NCBI GenBank assembly: GCA_041649575.1
Contig: JBAZMW010000004.1
Location: 90,001-122,000 of the forward strand
DNA length: 32,000 bases
From: Patescibacteria group bacterium
Lineage (GTDB): Bacteria; Patescibacteriota; Patescibacteriia; 2-01-FULL-39-33
Direction of reading: 5' to 3'
Part shown: piece after piece, positions 8,038 to 14,496 of the stretch
How positions within the stretch are numbered: the first letter of the stretch is position 1
Layout: the number at the start of each line of letters is the position of its first letter
Notes under the pieces: model-generated
The model's input: the letters and a program-made list of their open reading frames with translations, nothing else
Told to the model about the DNA's origin: nothing
Databases searched by the model: none
Made by a program: the position numbers and the translations under genes

Positions 8038-9159
8038 TTAAATAATTAGCATGGCATCGCCAAAACTAAAAAAACGGTATTTTTTATCTATCGCCTCGCG
8101 GTAGGTCGACTTGACTAATTTCTCGCCGGCGAAGGCGGAGACTAGCATTATTAAGGTTGATTTCGGCAGATGAAAATTAGTGATCAGTTTATCGACAAAT
8201 TTAAATTTATAGCCTGGATAAATAAAAATATTGACCCAGCGGCTTTGAGGTTTAAGCAGTCCTCGCTGGTCGCTGGCAGCTTCCAGGGTTCTGACAGTAG
8301 TGGTGCCCACGGCAATAATTTTTTTGCCGGATCGTTTTATCTGGTTGAGCTCTCTGGCGGTTTTTTCATCAAGGCTGGCAAACTCACTGTGGATTTTATG
8401 ATCGTTGATATATTTGGTTTTGACCGGCTGAAATGTTCCCAGACCGACGTGAAGAGTGAGATAATAAATTTTTATGCCTTTTTGTTTTAATTTTTTAAGC
8501 AAACTCTTGGTGAAGTGCAGACCGGCGGTGGGCGCGGCTACCGAGCCGGCGGCTTTAGCATAAATCGTTTGATAATCGGCCAGTCTGGCTGTTTTTTTGA
8601 TGTAAGGCGGTAGAGGCGTCTGACCAATGGAAAATAATTTTTTGTCTGAAACGTCGAAACGGATCAGATTTTGGCCCGCTGATTTTTTAACGATTTGTCC
8701 AATGATGTTTTTGGCAAAATAAATTTTGTCGCCGACCTTGGCTTTGCCACCAATAAGACATTGCCATAAGGCGGCTTCTCTCTTCCCCCGGTCTAGATTA
8801 AGCTGGGTTTTGAAATTTATTTTATAACCAGTGGCCTTCCCAGTCTCCTCTTGGCCTCCTCTTAGAAAGGAGGACAATTCTTTTTTTAGTAAAAAAATTT
8901 CAATTCGACCACCGGTTTCTCTGTGGCCCAGGAGCCGCGCCGGAATAACCTTTGAATTATTAAGAACCAAAGCATCGCCAGGCTCCAAATAATCAAATAA
9001 ATCAAAAAAATGGCGATGAGCGGTGGTTTTGTTTTTTCGATCAAGAATTAATAACCGCGCAGAATCTCGCGGTTTGATGGGTTGTTGGCTGATTAGGTTT
9101 TTGGGCAAATAGTAATCGAAAAGACTAAGCGGGATTTTGTTCTTTGGGGATTTTTTCAT
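8038..9159 (-). CDS. queA: S-adenosylmethionine:tRNA ribosyltransferase-isomerase
   Basis: QueA signature segments are present: PLPPYI, YQTIYA...GSVAAPTAGLHFT, TLHVGLGTFQPV and the C-terminal FFSFGDAMLI. It carries an extra roughly 30-aa insertion (SSFLRGGQEETGKATGYKINFKTQ...). Confidence 0.9.
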   Translation of the reverse strand: MKKSPKNKIPLSLFDYYLPKNLISQQPIKPRDSARLLILDRKNKTTAHRHFFDLFDYLEPGDALVLNNSKVIPARLLGHRETGGRIEIFLLKKELSSFLRGGQEETGKATGYKINFKTQLNLDRGKREAALWQCLIGGKAKVGDKIYFAKNIIGQIVKKSAGQNLIRFDVSDKKLFSIGQTPLPPYIKKTARLADYQTIYAKAAGSVAAPTAGLHFTKSLLKKLKQKGIKIYYLTLHVGLGTFQPVKTKYINDHKIHSEFASLDEKTARELNQIKRSGKKIIAVGTTTVRTLEAASDQRGLLKPQSRWVNIFIYPGYKFKFVDKLITNFHLPKSTLIMLVSAFAGEKLVKSTYREAIDKKYRFFSFGDAMLII

Positions 9160-9667
9160 TTAGTTTTTGGATGATTTTGGCGATTTTGTAGGGTTGGGGT
9201 ATTTGTTCAAAAGAAAATCTTTCTCTGGTCGCCGCTGATTGGATATAAACGTCGCCGTAATGCAAAATGGTGGCAAAAAAACCTTTTTGTTCGGCGGTGA
9301 CGTCTTGGATTTTTGCCAGATCCAGTTCAGAAACCACTCGGTTAAACAGGCCGTTTTGCTCACGGTTGATGATGCGGCAGGTGGTGACGGTCCAGACGTC
9401 TAAATAGTTTTCGGTCCAGGTGGTAAGAGCAAAGACAATCATAATTAGATAATAAGAAAGAGTCAAAACCAACAAAAAAGGATAGCCAAGCTCGTTGGTT
9501 AACAAACTCGGCGCAGCAAATTTAAGAAAAAGATAAATCAACCAGGGAATCAGGGCCAAAAAGACGAAGAAGAGAAAAATTTTAAAAAAGATAAACCAAT
9601 GACGACGCAAGTGCAGCACGATTTCTTCTCCGGTTTGGCGATTGGGAATGGCGTTTTTGTTGATCAT
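9125..9667 (-). CDS. Membrane protein with bacterial PH (YdbS/DUF304-like) domain
   Basis: GEEIVLHLRRHWFIFFK is followed by two TM segments and then a ...VTTCRIINREQNGLFNRVVSELDLAKIQDV... PH-like segment. It overlaps queA by 35 nt. Confidence 0.55.
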   Translation of the reverse strand: MINKNAIPNRQTGEEIVLHLRRHWFIFFKIFLFFVFLALIPWLIYLFLKFAAPSLLTNELGYPFLLVLTLSYYLIMIVFALTTWTENYLDVWTVTTCRIINREQNGLFNRVVSELDLAKIQDVTAEQKGFFATILHYGDVYIQSAATRERFSFEQIPQPYKIAKIIQKLNEKIPKEQNPA

Positions 9668-9927
9668 GGCAGGGAGAGCTGATTAAAGAGGTTTTTAAGG
9701 CCGTCAATTTGTAGCAGCGGCTGTTGCCAGTCGATGGCGAGCAGCAGCTGAAAAGAAAAAATAATGAAGGCGGCCGATAAAATAATATATAAAATTATCA
9801 TCAAGACATTAACTAAACTCAAAAAACCAAATCTTATCAAATGGTAGATGTTAAACAGGCTATAAACAAGGAAAAACAGCAAAACCAAAAGGTAGAGATA
9901 ATAGAAAAAAGAAATGGTAATAACCAT
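9664..9927 (-). CDS. Small hydrophobic membrane protein
   Basis: The track ORF runs 9664-9999. I prefer the internal ATG at 9927 (MVITISFFYYLYLLVLLFF...), which avoids overlap with the ruvB 3' end. Confidence 0.4.
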   Translation of the reverse strand: MVITISFFYYLYLLVLLFFLVYSLFNIYHLIRFGFLSLVNVLMIILYIILSAAFIIFSFQLLLAIDWQQPLLQIDGLKNLFNQLSLP

Positions 9928-9940
9928 AGTGCGCTCTGAT

Positions 9941-10981
9941 TTATAAAAATTTATTTTGCCAGTCGGCCGGTGGTTTAAATTCCAGATGCTTGTAAGCAAG
10001 CTCGGTGGCTAATCGGCCGCGGGCAGTGCGATTAATGAAACCAAGCTGCAACAGAAAGGGCTCAATCACATCTTCAAGGGTGTCCATTTCTTCGGCCAGG
10101 GCCGAGGCCAGAGTGTTTAGGCCGACTGGGCCGCCGCCAAATTTTTCGATGATTAGCCGGCAATAGCGGCGGTCGATATCATCCAGACCATATTCGTCTA
10201 TTTCCAGCATTTTTAGAGCGGCTTGGGCGGTTTCTTTGTCTATGTCACCGTTTTTTTTGACTTGAGCAAAATCACGCACTCGTTTCAAGAGGCGGTTGGC
10301 CACACGCGGGGTTTGGCGGGATCGTTGAGAAATTTCCTCGGTGGCCGGCTGGTCGATTTCAATGCTTAAAATTTTGGCGGCGCGGTTGATGATCTGACCG
10401 ATTTCCCCGTGGCTGTAAAAATTTAGGCGATAAGTATTGCCAAAACGGTCGCGCAAAGGCGAGGAGAGGCCGCTTAATTTGGTGGTGGCGCCAACCAGAG
10501 TAAATTTTGGCAAGTTCAGCCGTAGTGTTCTGGCCGAAGGTCCTTTACCAATAATAATATCCAAAGCGAAATCTTCCATGGCTGGATAGAGGATCTCTTC
10601 CACGGTTTTGTTGAGGCGATGAATTTCGTCGATAAATAAAACGTCGCCCTCGGTTAAATTAGTCAAGATGGCCGCCAGATCGCCCGCTCGTTCGATGGCC
10701 GGGCCAGAAGTCACTTTAATATTGCCCGACATCTCATTAGCGATAATATGAGCCAGAGTGGTTTTGCCCAGTCCAGGCGGCCCGAAGATCAGGACATGTT
10801 CTAGGGGTTCGCCTCGGCTCTTGGCCGCTTCGATAAAGATTTTTAGATTTTCTTTGATGTTGCTCTGGCCGACGTATTCGTTTAATTTTTTGGGGCGCAG
10901 AGTATTATCCAGAATTTGATCACCTGGCCCTTCCTGGGTCGAAGTCAGGCGGTCGGCTTCTTGATTTTTGGGGTTGATCAT
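9941..10981 (-). CDS. ruvB: Holliday junction branch migration helicase RuvB
   Basis: Walker A motif [17 protein letters not shown], and a RuvB-specific C-terminal winged helix ([24 protein letters not shown]). Confidence 0.95.
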   Translation of the reverse strand: MINPKNQEADRLTSTQEGPGDQILDNTLRPKKLNEYVGQSNIKENLKIFIEAAKSRGEPLEHVLIFGPPGLGKTTLAHIIANEMSGNIKVTSGPAIERAGDLAAILTNLTEGDVLFIDEIHRLNKTVEEILYPAMEDFALDIIIGKGPSARTLRLNLPKFTLVGATTKLSGLSSPLRDRFGNTYRLNFYSHGEIGQIINRAAKILSIEIDQPATEEISQRSRQTPRVANRLLKRVRDFAQVKKNGDIDKETAQAALKMLEIDEYGLDDIDRRYCRLIIEKFGGGPVGLNTLASALAEEMDTLEDVIEPFLLQLGFINRTARGRLATELAYKHLEFKPPADWQNKFL

Positions 10982-11020
10982 AATTTTATCTTAACATCAA
11001 GAAAGTTAAAAAGCAAAGGA

Positions 11021-11049
11021 TTGAAATTCATCGAATTAGCGGTTATAAT
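11021..11049 (+). promoter_or_regulatory. Sigma-70-type promoter: TTGAAA, 17-nt spacer, TATAAT
   Basis: Hexamers at 11021-11026 and 11044-11049, with the ATG 40 nt downstream. Confidence 0.5.
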
Positions 11050-11088
11050 GGTATTTAGTCCCAGTCAATTACTTAATTGTTTTTAGTT

Positions 11089-12126
11089 ATGGCAAAGATA
11101 ATTTACGGCGTGGCCGGACAGGGCTTTGGCCATTCTACCAGAAGCAAAGAAATTCTAAGGCAGCTGGTCAGCCAGGGGCATCAGGTTTTGGTCTTTACTT
11201 ATGGCCAGGCGCTGTTTTTTTTAGACGAGGAATTTAAAGTTTTTGAAATACCGGGCTTGGGCTTGACTTACAAGGATAACAAGCTGGTTTATTGGCAGAC
11301 AATTTTTAGAAATACCAAACAGCTCCTCAAACAGTCGAGAAATTGGAAAAAGATTTTGAAATGTTTTCGTGATTTTAATCCCGACTTAATTTTTACCGAC
11401 TTCGAACCTTTAACCGCCATGCTGGCCAAATTGCAGCGGTTGCCGTTAATTTCTATTGACAATCAGCACCAAATGACCAATACCAGGATCGAAATTGGCG
11501 CTAAATATCGCCGGGATTTGTTGGCCGACAGATTAATTATTAAGTCGATGGTTTGGGGGGCTAAGAGTTATCTGGTGGCGACTTTCTTTGAGACGCCAAT
11601 AACCAAAAAAAATACTTTTTTGTTTCCGCCCATTTTGCGTCAGGAGATTTTGGATTTAAAACCGCAAAAACAAGACTACATTTTGGTTTATCAGACTTCC
11701 GACTTTGATTCTTTAATTAAAGAGTTGAAAAAAATCAAAGAGAAATTCGTGGTTTTTGGTTTTGATGTTGAAAAAGAAGACGGCAATCTGGAATTTAAAA
11801 AATACAGCCACAACGAGTGGTTTGATTACCTGGCTAACTGTAAGGCCATAATCGGCAATGCGGGCCTAAGCCTGATGACCGAGGCTTTATATTTACAGAA
11901 GCCCTATTTGGCCATACCGGTCAAAAAACAAATAGAACAAGTGATCAATGCTTATTATTTGGAGCAGCAGGGCTATGGTCGATTGGCGGAGACCTTTAAT
12001 AAAGAGCAATTTGAAAATTTTATAAGCAACTACCAAAAATTTGAAAATAATTTAAGGGCCTATGGCCACAAGGATAATCAGGCAATTTTTGGAAAAATAA
12101 ATGAATTAATCAAAGAATGGTCGTAA
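11089..12126 (+). CDS. GT-B fold glycosyltransferase (MurG/UDP-glycosyltransferase-like, MJ1255-type)
   Basis: N-terminus MAKIIYGVAGQGFGHSTRSKEI (G-rich loop with His), plus a C-terminal ...AIIGNAGLSLMTEALYLQKPYLAIP... nucleotide-sugar binding region. I prefer the ATG at 11089 over the track's TTG at 11077. Confidence 0.65.
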   Translation: MAKIIYGVAGQGFGHSTRSKEILRQLVSQGHQVLVFTYGQALFFLDEEFKVFEIPGLGLTYKDNKLVYWQTIFRNTKQLLKQSRNWKKILKCFRDFNPDLIFTDFEPLTAMLAKLQRLPLISIDNQHQMTNTRIEIGAKYRRDLLADRLIIKSMVWGAKSYLVATFFETPITKKNTFLFPPILRQEILDLKPQKQDYILVYQTSDFDSLIKELKKIKEKFVVFGFDVEKEDGNLEFKKYSHNEWFDYLANCKAIIGNAGLSLMTEALYLQKPYLAIPVKKQIEQVINAYYLEQQGYGRLAETFNKEQFENFISNYQKFENNLRAYGHKDNQAIFGKINELIKEWS

Positions 12127-12136
12127 TACCAAAGTC

Positions 12137-12165
12137 TTTACGAAATCGAAAATATTTGCTATACT
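12137..12165 (+). promoter_or_regulatory. Promoter: TTTACG, 17-nt spacer, TATACT, driving the tRNA-Gly region
   Basis: Hexamers at 12137-12142 and 12160-12165. The predicted start lies about 15-20 nt before the tRNA-Gly 5' fragment. Confidence 0.4.
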
Positions 12166-12187
12166 GTTTTAGTAATTTGGAGTGTTT

Positions 12188-12252
12188 GCGGCGGTAGTTT
12201 CCGCCTCGGCTCGCTAGGCTTCGCCAAGGCGAGACTGGCGGTTGGTCATAAC
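12188..12252 (+). repeat. tRNA-Gly 5' fragment interrupted by a 42-nt GC-rich hairpin module
   Basis: GCGGCGGTAGTT is identical to nt 1-12 of the intact tRNA-Gly. It is followed by TCCGCCTCGGCTCGCTAGGCTTCGCCAAGGCGAGACTGGCGG (12200-12241) and then TTGGTCATAAC, compared with TTGGCTAGAAC in the intact D-arm. Confidence 0.7.
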
Positions 12253-12298
12253 CTTTGTTTGTTATAATTTTGGTAACGTAAAAAGTGTTTTACAATAT

Positions 12299-12372
12299 GC
12301 GGCGGTAGTTCAGTTGGCTAGAACGTCTCCTTGCCAAGGAGAAGGTCGCCGGTTCGAATCCGGTTCGCCGCT
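12299..12372 (+). tRNA. tRNA-Gly(GCC)
   Basis: Acceptor GCGGCGG/TCGCCGC, D-arm GTTC-AGTTGGCTA-GAAC, anticodon stem TCTCC/GGAGA with loop TTGCCAA, and T-arm GCCGG-TTCGAAT-CCGGT. Confidence 0.9.
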
Positions 12373-12404
12373 CTGGGATAAAAGTAAAAAACAATTTAGT
12401 AATG

Positions 12405-12448
12405 ACGGCTATTCTCGCTTAGGCGACGGCAGAAGCGAGACCAGCCGT
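12405..12448 (+). repeat. GC-rich hairpin module of the same family as the tRNA-fragment inserts
   Basis: ACGGCT...AGCCGT outer stem with CTCGCTT...AAGCGAG inner stem. It shares the GCGAGAC motif with the modules at 12200-12241 and 24473-24504. Confidence 0.55.
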
Positions 12449-12498
12449 AATCGGCGCAGTCGAGCGCAGGCAAATGCGACCTGGGGAGCATTTGACTC

Positions 12499-12535
12499 TG
12501 CCGGGGAACGTCCGGTTCGAATCCGGTTCGCCGCT
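12499..12535 (+). pseudogene. tRNA-Gly 3' fragment (anticodon-loop remnant, variable loop, T-arm and acceptor 3' strand)
   Basis: TGCCGGGGAACGTCCGGTTCGAATCCGGTTCGCCGCT aligns to TGCCAAGGAGAAGGTCGCCGGTTCGAATCCGGTTCGCCGCT of the intact gene. The last 24 nt are identical. No matching 5' half lies adjacent. Confidence 0.65.
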
Positions 12536-12536
12536 C

Positions 12537-12749
12537 ATGGAGTTTCCACCGATACCCACAACTAAATATCTTTTACCAGACGAACAAGATAAAAGAATTT
12601 TTGACAAGTTGGGGAAATTGGTTCAATGCGAGCTAAGCCAGCAAGAAGAAGTGTTGGTTAAGCTTTTATATTCGCAGCTAGAGGATGACTGGAGATCGCC
12701 ATTAGAAAGTTTTGTGGATCAATTATTGGTAAACAAGAAAGTTATTTAG
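12537..12749 (+). CDS. Hypothetical 70-aa protein
   Basis: The ORF reads MEFPPIPTTKYLLPDEQDKRIFDKLGKLVQCELSQQEEVLVKLLYSQLEDDWRSPLESFVDQLLVNKKVI. Its ATG directly abuts the tRNA-Gly 3' fragment. I recognise no family. Confidence 0.3.
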   Translation: MEFPPIPTTKYLLPDEQDKRIFDKLGKLVQCELSQQEEVLVKLLYSQLEDDWRSPLESFVDQLLVNKKVI

Positions 12750-12756
12750 GAAAAAG

Positions 12757-12841
12757 GCCCGGATGGTGAAATTGGTATACACGCAGCACTTAAAATGCTG
12801 TGGCGAAAGCCGTGCCGGTTCGACTCCGGCTCCGGGCACCA
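12757..12841 (+). tRNA. tRNA-Leu(UAA), CCA encoded
   Basis: Acceptor GCCCGGA/TCCGGGC, anticodon stem CAGCA/TGCTG with loop CTTAAAA, long variable arm, T-arm GCCGG-TTCGACT-CCGGC, and 3' end ACCA. Confidence 0.9.
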
Positions 12842-12850
12842 GAATTAAAC

Positions 12851-12878
12851 TTGCGCTAAATTTTTAATGTGCTAAAAT
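12851..12878 (+). promoter_or_regulatory. Putative promoter: TTGCGC, 16-nt spacer, TAAAAT
   Basis: Hexamer match only. The predicted start is about 12885, immediately before the ATG at 12886. Confidence 0.3.
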
Positions 12879-12920
12879 AAGAATAATGAGGAAAAAGCGA
12901 AAAACATTTTTATCAGCCAG

Positions 12921-12944
12921 CAGGCCTTGAGGGCCTGTTTTTTT
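12921..12944 (+). terminator. Rho-independent terminator or attenuator
   Basis: CAGGCC-TTGAG-GGCCTG hairpin followed by TTTTTTT. Confidence 0.6.
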
Positions 12945-12973
12945 GTACCTTAAACCAGAGGAGGATTGTACTT

Positions 12974-13216
12974 ATGAGAGTGTCTCAAGGTAAGCGAGCC
13001 TTTCTTGTTGGCCGGCTGGTTGGCCAGGCAATCGGCGCGGTGGTGGAACTATTCTATCAAGAAAGAACGGCCTTAGGATTTGTGACCGGCCTGCTACAAG
13101 AAGTCGAAAGACTTCAGCAAAAGCGTCAGAAGAGCCACGCTCTAATGCTCAAAAGAGAAAGGATTAGACGCAAGCAAAAAACGCCAGGTAGCCGAAAAGA
13201 CCCCATGGGCTTATGA
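12974..13216 (+). CDS. Hypothetical 80-aa protein, GC-rich, with strong SD
   Basis: AGAGGAGGA lies 8 nt upstream of the ATG. The ORF has a basic C-terminal half (QQKRQKSHALMLKRERIRRKQK) and is followed by the hairpin AGCCCACCA-TTTT-TGGCGGGCT. Confidence 0.5.
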   Translation: MRVSQGKRAFLVGRLVGQAIGAVVELFYQERTALGFVTGLLQEVERLQQKRQKSHALMLKRERIRRKQKTPGSRKDPMGL

Positions 13217-13259
13217 GACAAACAGCCCACCATTTTTGGCGGGCTTTCTGGTTATGATC

Positions 13260-13288
13260 TTGACTTTTAGCCGAAAATGAGCTATTAT
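13260..13288 (+). promoter_or_regulatory. Promoter: TTGACT, 17-nt spacer, TATTAT, upstream of rplS
   Basis: Hexamers at 13260-13265 and 13283-13288. Confidence 0.5.
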
Positions 13289-13325
13289 TTAGAAAGTAAA
13301 ATAATTAAATTTTAAGTTAAAACAC

Positions 13326-13691
13326 ATGTCCGAAGATAAAAAAAATAAGGAGGTTAAAAGCAATTGGCTGGAAACGATTTTGCCAAAAATCAGACCCGGT
13401 GTGACGATTAAAGTCCATCAAAAAATCAAAGAAAAGAATACCAAAGGCGAAGAAAAACAAAGAGTCCAAATTTTTGAAGGTATTGTCTTGGCTCGCCGTG
13501 GTGGCAGTCAAAAAAATGCCACCATCACCGTGCGTAAAGTGGCTGCTGGTGGAATTGGCGTAGAAAGAATTTTTCCCTTGTTTTCGCCCAATATCGCCAG
13601 AATAGAAGTAACCAAATCGGCCCAAGTCAATCGAGCCAAACTCTATTACTTAAGAAGTTACAAAAAGAAGCTCAAAGAAAAACAGGCATAG
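13326..13691 (+). CDS. rplS: 50S ribosomal protein bL19
   Basis: Contains ...IRPGVTIKVHQKIKE...RVQIFEGIVLARRGGSQKNATITVRKVAAGGIGVERIFPLFSPNIARIEVTK...RAKLYYLR, the canonical L19 pattern. Confidence 0.95.
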   Translation: MSEDKKNKEVKSNWLETILPKIRPGVTIKVHQKIKEKNTKGEEKQRVQIFEGIVLARRGGSQKNATITVRKVAAGGIGVERIFPLFSPNIARIEVTKSAQVNRAKLYYLRSYKKKLKEKQA

Positions 13692-13766
13692 ATATTCTTG
13701 GACGGCGGAGTATTGATCCAAAATTTTAGCCGGCTGATTTTTTATAAAATTGAACAACTTAGTCGC

Positions 13767-13851
13767 GCGGACGTGGCGGAATTTGGTATACGCGCAAGCT
13801 TGAGGTGCTTGTGGCCGCAAGGCCTTGGAGGTTCAAGTCCTCTCGTCCGCA
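13767..13851 (+). tRNA. tRNA-Leu(GAG)
   Basis: Acceptor GCGGACG/CGTCCGC, anticodon stem CAAGC/GCTTG with loop TTGAGGT, long variable arm TGGCCGCAAGGCCT, and T-arm GGAGG-TTCAAGT-CCTCT. Confidence 0.9.
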
Positions 13852-13901
13852 TTGATTTTACGGAGTATGCTTGTTCCGGTCTTCTTTCATGCTTTCATAG
13901 A

Positions 13902-14083
13902 GGGCGGTTAGCTCAGTTGGTTAGAGCGCCTCGTTTATTTACCCTGTTGAATAGGCACATTTAGCTCAGTTGGTTAGAGCGCCTCGTTTACACCGAGGAG
14001 GTCAGAGGTTCGAATCCTCTAATGTGCAAATAGTCCAACAGGGCGGGTCGAGGAGGTCAGAGGTTCGAATCCTCTACCACCCA
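13902..14083 (+). other. Split tRNA-Val-like gene: 5' half 13902-13937 and 3' half 14049-14083, separated by a 111-nt insert that contains tRNA-Val(UAC)
   Basis: The 5' half is GGGCGGT TA GCTC AGTTGGTTA GAGC G CCTCG TTTA. The 3' half is CGAGG AGGTC AGAGG TTCGAAT CCTCT ACCACCC A. The acceptor pairs at 6 of 7 positions. All other arms are identical to the inner tRNA. Confidence 0.6.
13955..14028 (+). tRNA. tRNA-Val(UAC)
   Basis: Acceptor GCACATT/AATGTGC at 7 of 7, D-arm GCTC-AGTTGGTTA-GAGC, anticodon stem CCTCG/CGAGG with loop TTTACAC, and T-arm AGAGG-TTCGAAT-CCTCT. Confidence 0.9.
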
Positions 14084-14151
14084 ATAGTTAACAGGGCAGG
14101 TTGAGGGGTTGTGCGTATCAGTGTAAACTTTAAACAAGTAAAATAATAAAA

Positions 14152-14406
14152 ATGCTAGTGAGAATAATCGTTGGCATTATTGGAGCGGTAGTTGGATTTC
14201 TGATGGTTTTTCGGCCAAAATTTTTTTTGGACGCCATCGGCGAGCAGGCTTGGATGGAAAAAGTTTTTGGTTCGGGCGGTGGCATTTCCGGCTACAAGGT
14301 GATGGGAGTGGTGATTGTGATAATTTCTTTTTTGATCATGACTGGGTTAATTGAGGGGGTGCTAATGGCGATTTTTGGGCCGTTGATTTTTGCCGGTCGG
14401 AGTTAG
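14152..14406 (+). CDS. Small membrane protein (84 aa, 2-3 TM)
   Basis: Hydrophobic ORF MLVRIIVGIIGAVVGFLMVF...VVIVIISFLIMTGLIEGVLMAIFGPLIFAG. Confidence 0.45.
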   Translation: MLVRIIVGIIGAVVGFLMVFRPKFFLDAIGEQAWMEKVFGSGGGISGYKVMGVVIVIISFLIMTGLIEGVLMAIFGPLIFAGRS

Positions 14407-14419
14407 GCGATTTTTAAAA

Positions 14420-14495
14420 GGGCTGTTAGCTCAGTTGGTAGAGCATCGCGTTTGCAACGCGGGGGTCGGGAGTTCGAATCTCCCACAGTCCACCA
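14420..14495 (+). tRNA. tRNA-Ala(UGC), CCA encoded
   Basis: Acceptor GGGCTGT/ACAGTCC with the G3:U70 Ala identity pair, anticodon loop TTTGCAA, T-arm GGGAG-TTCGAAT-CTCCC, and 3' end ACCA. Confidence 0.9.
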
Positions 14496-14496
14496 T

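Noticed and set aside
12242-12607. Track ORFs 12242-12565 (+), 12419-12607 (-) and the long form 12474-12749 (+).
   Set aside because: They read through the tRNA-Gly gene, the hairpin modules and the tRNA fragment. Only the distal part from the ATG at 12537 is kept, as a low-confidence CDS.
13698-13964. Track ORF of 88 aa across the tRNA-Leu(GAG) and tRNA-Val region.
   Set aside because: It overlaps two tRNA genes and is spurious.
13938-14048. Whether the 111-nt insert in the outer tRNA-Val is an archaeal-type bulge-helix-bulge intron or a group I intron.
   Set aside because: The junctions fold as a 3-nt bulge, a 4-bp weak helix (A-U plus three G-U pairs) and a 1x1 mismatch, which is not a canonical 3-4-3 BHB. 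The insert is far too short and lacks P3-P8-like elements for a group I intron. The mechanism is left open.
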